The position numbers and the translations under genes were made by a program. Of a stretch of DNA of 64,000 nt, positions 59,100-64,000 are shown in pieces; the first letter of the stretch is position 1; every line of letters starts with the position of its first letter. The notes under the pieces were generated by a model, which saw only the letters and a list, made by a program, of their open reading frames with translations, was not told the DNA's origin and did not search any database. Source of the DNA: Lama glama (Eukaryota); assembly GCA_028534125.1 (NCBI GenBank), contig CM052816.1, forward strand, positions 14,448,001 to 14,512,000, written 5' to 3'.

Positions 59100-60320
59100 C
59101 ACAATCCCGTTGATTTGTAATGATTTCTGTCTCTTTCTGTCTTTCTCTTTCTCTGATCTCCCCCCCCCACCAACCCCGCCGCGAGCATGCGCAGGCACCG
59201 CCCCTATCCCTCCGGTTCGGTTCGTTTCCGGTTTGTTTGCTGAGCTGTCAATGAAAGACCCGTGTAATTATTCCCGAGCTTTACAATAAAAGTGTGAAAA
59301 CCGGACCCCACTTGGCTTCTTCCAGGCCCTCGGGCCTGCGTCCCGGGGAGTGTGGGGGCTAAGTCTGGGGTAGAGACCTTGGAGGGGGCGGAGGAACGCG
59401 GACGAGAGAAGAGGGACCGAGACCCACACTGGGATTAAGCGGTGCCAGGCAGGGATGGGGCAAGAGGACGCAGACTGAGGGCAGACATCTACTCTGCACA
59501 TGTCAAAGTGCTCGCCACCCCATCCGCTGGGCCCCAGCAGCTCCACGCAACCCCATTCCCACTGGAGCTGAAAGTGCAAGCTAGGGATTGGGCTCGCGAG
59601 GGGGGCGCAGCGCTGCCGAGGGTTACGCTGTTCTGCCTTCTTCCATGGGACATGTATCCATTCCTGCTCCCCCTCATTTAGCAACGAGTTTCAATTGCGG
59701 AACTGAATGGGAGAAGGGCGAGAGACATCGGTCTGTCTGTTGCTCCCTCCCACGCTCAGGAACGAGGGTTAGAAGTCGATGTAAGGAGACACGAAAAGGT
59801 CTCGGCCCCAGTCTCCTACTGCACTCCCCTCCCCCAGCTTCCGGGCCCCAACGGCCCCTGCCTCCTCCGTCCGGCTCCCGGGTAAACAGCGGCTCCGGAG
59901 AGGTCGAAGAACAGAGACCGGATCAGCCGGTTTCCCCGCCCCGCCTCCCAGGGCGCCCCTCCCCCAGCACCCCTCGTGCGCTTCCGCTCGGCCCGCGTGC
60001 CCCCTCCCCCGGCCCGCGCAGCGTGGGCCTGGCTCCCGGACCCCGGGGTCGGTTCAGCTGCTGGGATTAGCCGAGCGCAGGGACTAATCCTGGATGAGCC
60101 TCCTTGTAAACCCGGATCGACCGCGAGTACGGCGGGGGTCGCGGGGGCCCCTTCTTCCGTTCCCATACGCGGGGCTTCGCAGCGCCTGGACGCACCCGCG
60201 GTCCCCTCGCTACAACGGAGACAAGTGGTTGGATCTGCTGTGCGGACGGGGATGGAGGGGTAAGGGAGGTCAGGGTGAAGATCAGGTCTGGATCAGTCAC
60301 GCCCTGGCGTTGGGGTGGAA
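59100..60320. promoter_or_regulatory. CpG island downstream of PCDH1
   Basis: CpG-rich 59150-59400 and 59820-60310, with a motif-dense core at 59180-59295. Confidence 0.7.
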
Positions 60321-61319
60321 GGTGGGCAGCTGGAAAGGATGGGCAAAGGCCCCTCTGGAAGCCTCTGAATCCGCAAGGCGTTGGTTCAGCGCCTCAGCTC
60401 GTGTGCAACCCTGTGCCCCGCACCAGTCCTCCAGTCACAGAATCCCCAGCCCTCCCTCTACCAGTGGCCAGGGTGACCGCCCCTAACCTTGAAACCTCAT
60501 CTCCTAATCCCAGGAGGCACTGAGTCAGCAGGAGGGCCCCACCTCATCTCCACCCCTGACTTGGCCAGACCAGTGGCAGGGGTGGGGGGTGGGGGTTGGG
60601 GGGTGGTTAGGAGCTCCTTCTGTTGAGGCCAAACCCTGGAAAAGATGTAAGGGGTCAAGGAACTTGGGTACTAAAGTAGTGTCCCTCATTGGTTCATTCG
60701 TCCTACAAACATTTCCTGAGCCCCTCCCTCGTGCCAGCCCAGCACAGGCACTGGGACACTCTTAAGAATGACACACAGTCTCTCTGGGAGAGGCAGACAG
60801 GTAAACAATAACGACATCATGTGTTCAGCCCTGCCCTGAGCCATAAATTCAGGCTGGAGAACCAAAGAAGGCATCTCCTCCAGCACTGTCCAGCAGGCTT
60901 CCTGGAAAAGGTGGTGCCAGAGCTTAGTTTTAAAAGGCAGATGGGGGAAGAGCCCACTGAGGAAGGGGTCAGCATCCCAGGCTGACGGAGCAAAGCCCTG
61001 GAGGAGCAGAAGGGGAAGGTGAGGTAGTTCAGGAGGGCAAGAGAAGTTGGAGAGGGAGGCAAGGACCACAGCTAGAAGGGCCTGCTGGTCAACCTAAGTG
61101 GGGGGCGAGAGGGAGCCACTGAGGGATTCTAAGCCTCTGAAAGAAAAGGCCAGATAATACCTTCCTTACAGATTCTAACTGTCCTCCTCCCTTCTCTGCC
61201 CAGGAGATGCCTGGGTAGGGAGTGGAGCACACACCCACAAGATAGACAGGAAGAGGAATCAGAGGAATCAGGTGCAGTGTAGGTGAGGAAATTCAGTCCC
61301 CATGTCTGTCTTTCCATCA

Positions 61320-61480
61320 CACCTGGAGTCAGAGAGACTTACATTAGAAATCTGTCTGTACTACTGGCCAGTGGTATGAGCTTGGGCAGGTGACTGAGCC
61401 TTGGTTTCTTCATCTGTAAAATGGGGATAATAATGCTTACCATCCTGGAGGATTACTGTGGTGCTTCAAGGAAATCATGT
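61320..61480 (+). mobile_element. MIR SINE
   Basis: 'cttgggcaggtgactgagccttggtttcttcatctgtaaaatggggataataat'. Confidence 0.8.
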
Positions 61481-63469
61481 GTCCACTCTTAAATTTAACA
61501 TTATTTAACACCTGCTATGGGGTAGCCTCTCTTCCAGCTGCTGGCAGTACAGCACTGAATTAGACAGGCATGGATGGTCCCTACTGTCTCTTAGAACTTA
61601 CATTCCAGTGGAGAATACAGACAATAAACAAACAAACAAATGAGATAATTATAGATTGTGTTAAAGAGCTGTGAAGGAAACAAACAGTGGGACATGAAGG
61701 AGGATAGCTGGAGGTAGGGGAGAGGAAGGGGCTGCCTTACTCAGTGTGGCCCAGGAAGCTTGTCTAAGGGAACCTGAAGATTTAGAACTCAGAACAGAGT
61801 ATTCCAGGTACAGAAAATTGCAGCTGCCAACCTCCTGAGATGGGAGACCCTAAGAGATTAGCCTGATTCCTCTAAGACGCTAAGCTTTCTGAGGGCAGGA
61901 ACCTAGGTCTCTCATTCCTCCTGACCTTGACAAATATCGGGTGAAGTAAACAGAAACGGAAGGGGATTTCAGGCTTGCTAGGCCAACGTCCCCACCCCCA
62001 CCCCCTGGAGTGTGTTGGGGGAAGGTACTGGCCTCTTACCAGCCTGCCCATCTGCACCACTTAATCTTCACTCCAGCTGTTCTATACAGGAAAGGTCTCT
62101 GCCCACTCTGGGTTCCTTTCCTGGGGTTTCCAGTCCTCTCCTTGGACAAGGAGGGCAGGGGGGGCCCCTCCAGAATCTGCTGATCAAGACCCTGGATTGA
62201 ACATAAATTAGTGTCTGACCAGCAAGGGCCTCGTGGTTGAGGGTCACTGGGGCCCTCTGGAGTCTCCCCATCGGCTGAGGTCTCCCTTCAGGCAGACCTT
62301 GAGGAAAGCTTCCTCGCACACAGCTATGTTTCACTCACAGCCACCCGTGCTGCAGAGCGCACACAGCTCCTCTCACATGCTCACCATCCAGCTGCACGTT
62401 GTGTCTCCATGGCAACCAGTAGGCCTGGTCCATGGATGTTAGAAATAAGTGCCAGAGGAAGAGGAAAGAGAGAGAGGAGCAACATCAGAAATAAAGACAC
62501 TCAGAAAGATAGCCTCCCAAGGAGACCCCCTCTCTTTCCTTGCACCCCCTGCCAGGAAGACTTGAATAGGTTCAGGGCCCAAGGATGGAGGGGCTCACGG
62601 TAGGCACGAAGCAGTGGGCTGAGGGCTGTCTGGACGCAGGTAATGGGGGCCCAGGGGGCAGTGAGGGAGGAGCACGACCATGGGAAGTTGAGTGAGTCTG
62701 GAGTTATGGGCTAAGAATACTGGATTTTGGGGTAAAAGGCAGATGAGGGGAGTGGGTAGGGATGGGAGACTTGGGGGAGCTACTTTCCTTTCTTCTCAGC
62801 CTAATTGGCTGTTCAGGCTGAAACCACCTCTTAGTCACTTAGTCTAATTAGAATTGTTCCAGAGAAGACATTGGGGGAGGGGAAGGAGAAGAGGAAGGGG
62901 GAAGAATGGGTGGAGAGGGAGCTAGGTGGGGGTGGGGAGGGGGAGTTCCTTCTGTCACCTTCCATCCATTCTGTCACCATCCAGTGGATGGGCTGAGCTG
63001 TAACTAACAGTCAGGGCTGTGGGTCACTCTGATACCCCCACCCAGCTGTCATTTGCTCTCCCTCACAGGCACCTGTTTTCTGCTCAGTGTCTCGGTGCCT
63101 CTGTTTCAGTCTAGCTCTCTCTCACTCTCTCTCCTGCTCTCCATCTCTGTCTCCTCGCCTTCCTTTCCTCCCTCCTCAACATCTCCCAATCTCTGGCCAA
63201 CAATGTTTGCGTACATTGTTGTAGGCCATTGTAGGCTGAGCCACTTTGGAGTGGAGGAGAGGCAGGGGGAGGGGATTATATTGAGAGCAGCCTCATCTTT
63301 GGGGAGTAAGAGGGACCGGGGCAGACACTGCCCTGGCATGGATCCCCCTACACACACCCAGACACACACAGACACAGACACAGACACACACACACACACA
63401 CCCCCTCTCTATTCCCACTTCTCACCCCTAACCAAGCCTCTTCACCTCTCTGGAGTGTGTGGAGTGGGA

Positions 63470-63625
63470 CTGTGTGGATTGCCTTGGGCAAGTAACTTAA
63501 CCTCTCTGAACATCAGTTTCTCTAGTTATGAGATGGGGATAATAAATCCTAAATTTGTAGTGTGGATTTAAGAGGATAATGCATGTGAACTGCTTAGTGT
63601 AGTAGCTTGTAAGCACTCAATGAAG
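63470..63625 (+). mobile_element. MIR SINE
   Basis: 'ccttgggcaagtaacttaacctctctgaacatcagtttctc...atggggataataa'. Confidence 0.8.
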
Positions 63626-64000
63626 GCAGCTTTTATCATCCGTCCTCGGCTCCTTTCCTTTCCCCGGGGGTCTGCAGGAACCAGGATGCATGCGTCTTCC
63701 TCTTCTTGTTCGGCTGCCCCATTCTTGTGGCCCCCAAATTACCTCTCAGTTCTGAGACTCGCTACTGTTGCCTCATCCCAAGTCTCCTCTCTAAGGGTGG
63801 GTGTCCCTCTCAGGGTTGGGGGGAGTACGGAGTGGGAGGTTACGCTGGGATCCTGCCCCTGGCCTGGGGTGGTGGGGGGAGTGGTCAGGACATACCCTCC
63901 TCCAGTCTGGGGACTGGTTTTCCCTCTTCTGCAAGCCTGGAAGAGGAGGAAAGGGGACAGCCATAAATGATGTAGGGAAAGCGCACTTGCTGAGAGGGAC

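Overview
Mammalian genomic DNA, most likely from a camelid: it carries three Vic-1-type tRNA-derived SINEs and I saw no Alu, Bov-A or PRE1 elements. Two protein-coding genes sit head-to-head about 26.8 kb apart (ATG to ATG). (1) The 5' half of DELE1 (KIAA0141; mitochondrial OMA1-DELE1-HRI stress relay) is on the minus strand, coding exons 1-7 (6919 down to 2060); the rest lies off the left edge. (2) PCDH1 (protocadherin-1, delta-1 family) is complete on the plus strand, with five canonical coding exons. These give a 1060-aa short isoform (exon 3 read-through, ...WTEVWE*) and a 1237-aa long isoform (...REIYL*). The remainder is CpG islands, ancient MIR/L2/L1M/MLT/MER5 repeats, an ERV1-like solo LTR and microsatellites. 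I see no prokaryote-type system (CRISPR, operon or similar). The best candidates for new biology lie in and around PCDH1: a 39-nt stop-containing cassette exon predicted to escape NMD, an in-phase alternative first exon starting MGGNCS, a 93/99-nt in-frame cassette candidate, four RFX X-boxes, and three degenerate tandem arrays. Two residue-level points also stand out: human-type hantavirus-receptor residues F83/D85 in PCDH1 and a changed processing site in DELE1. Repeat family names and comparisons with human sequences are from memory, not database searches; repeat boundaries are approximate.
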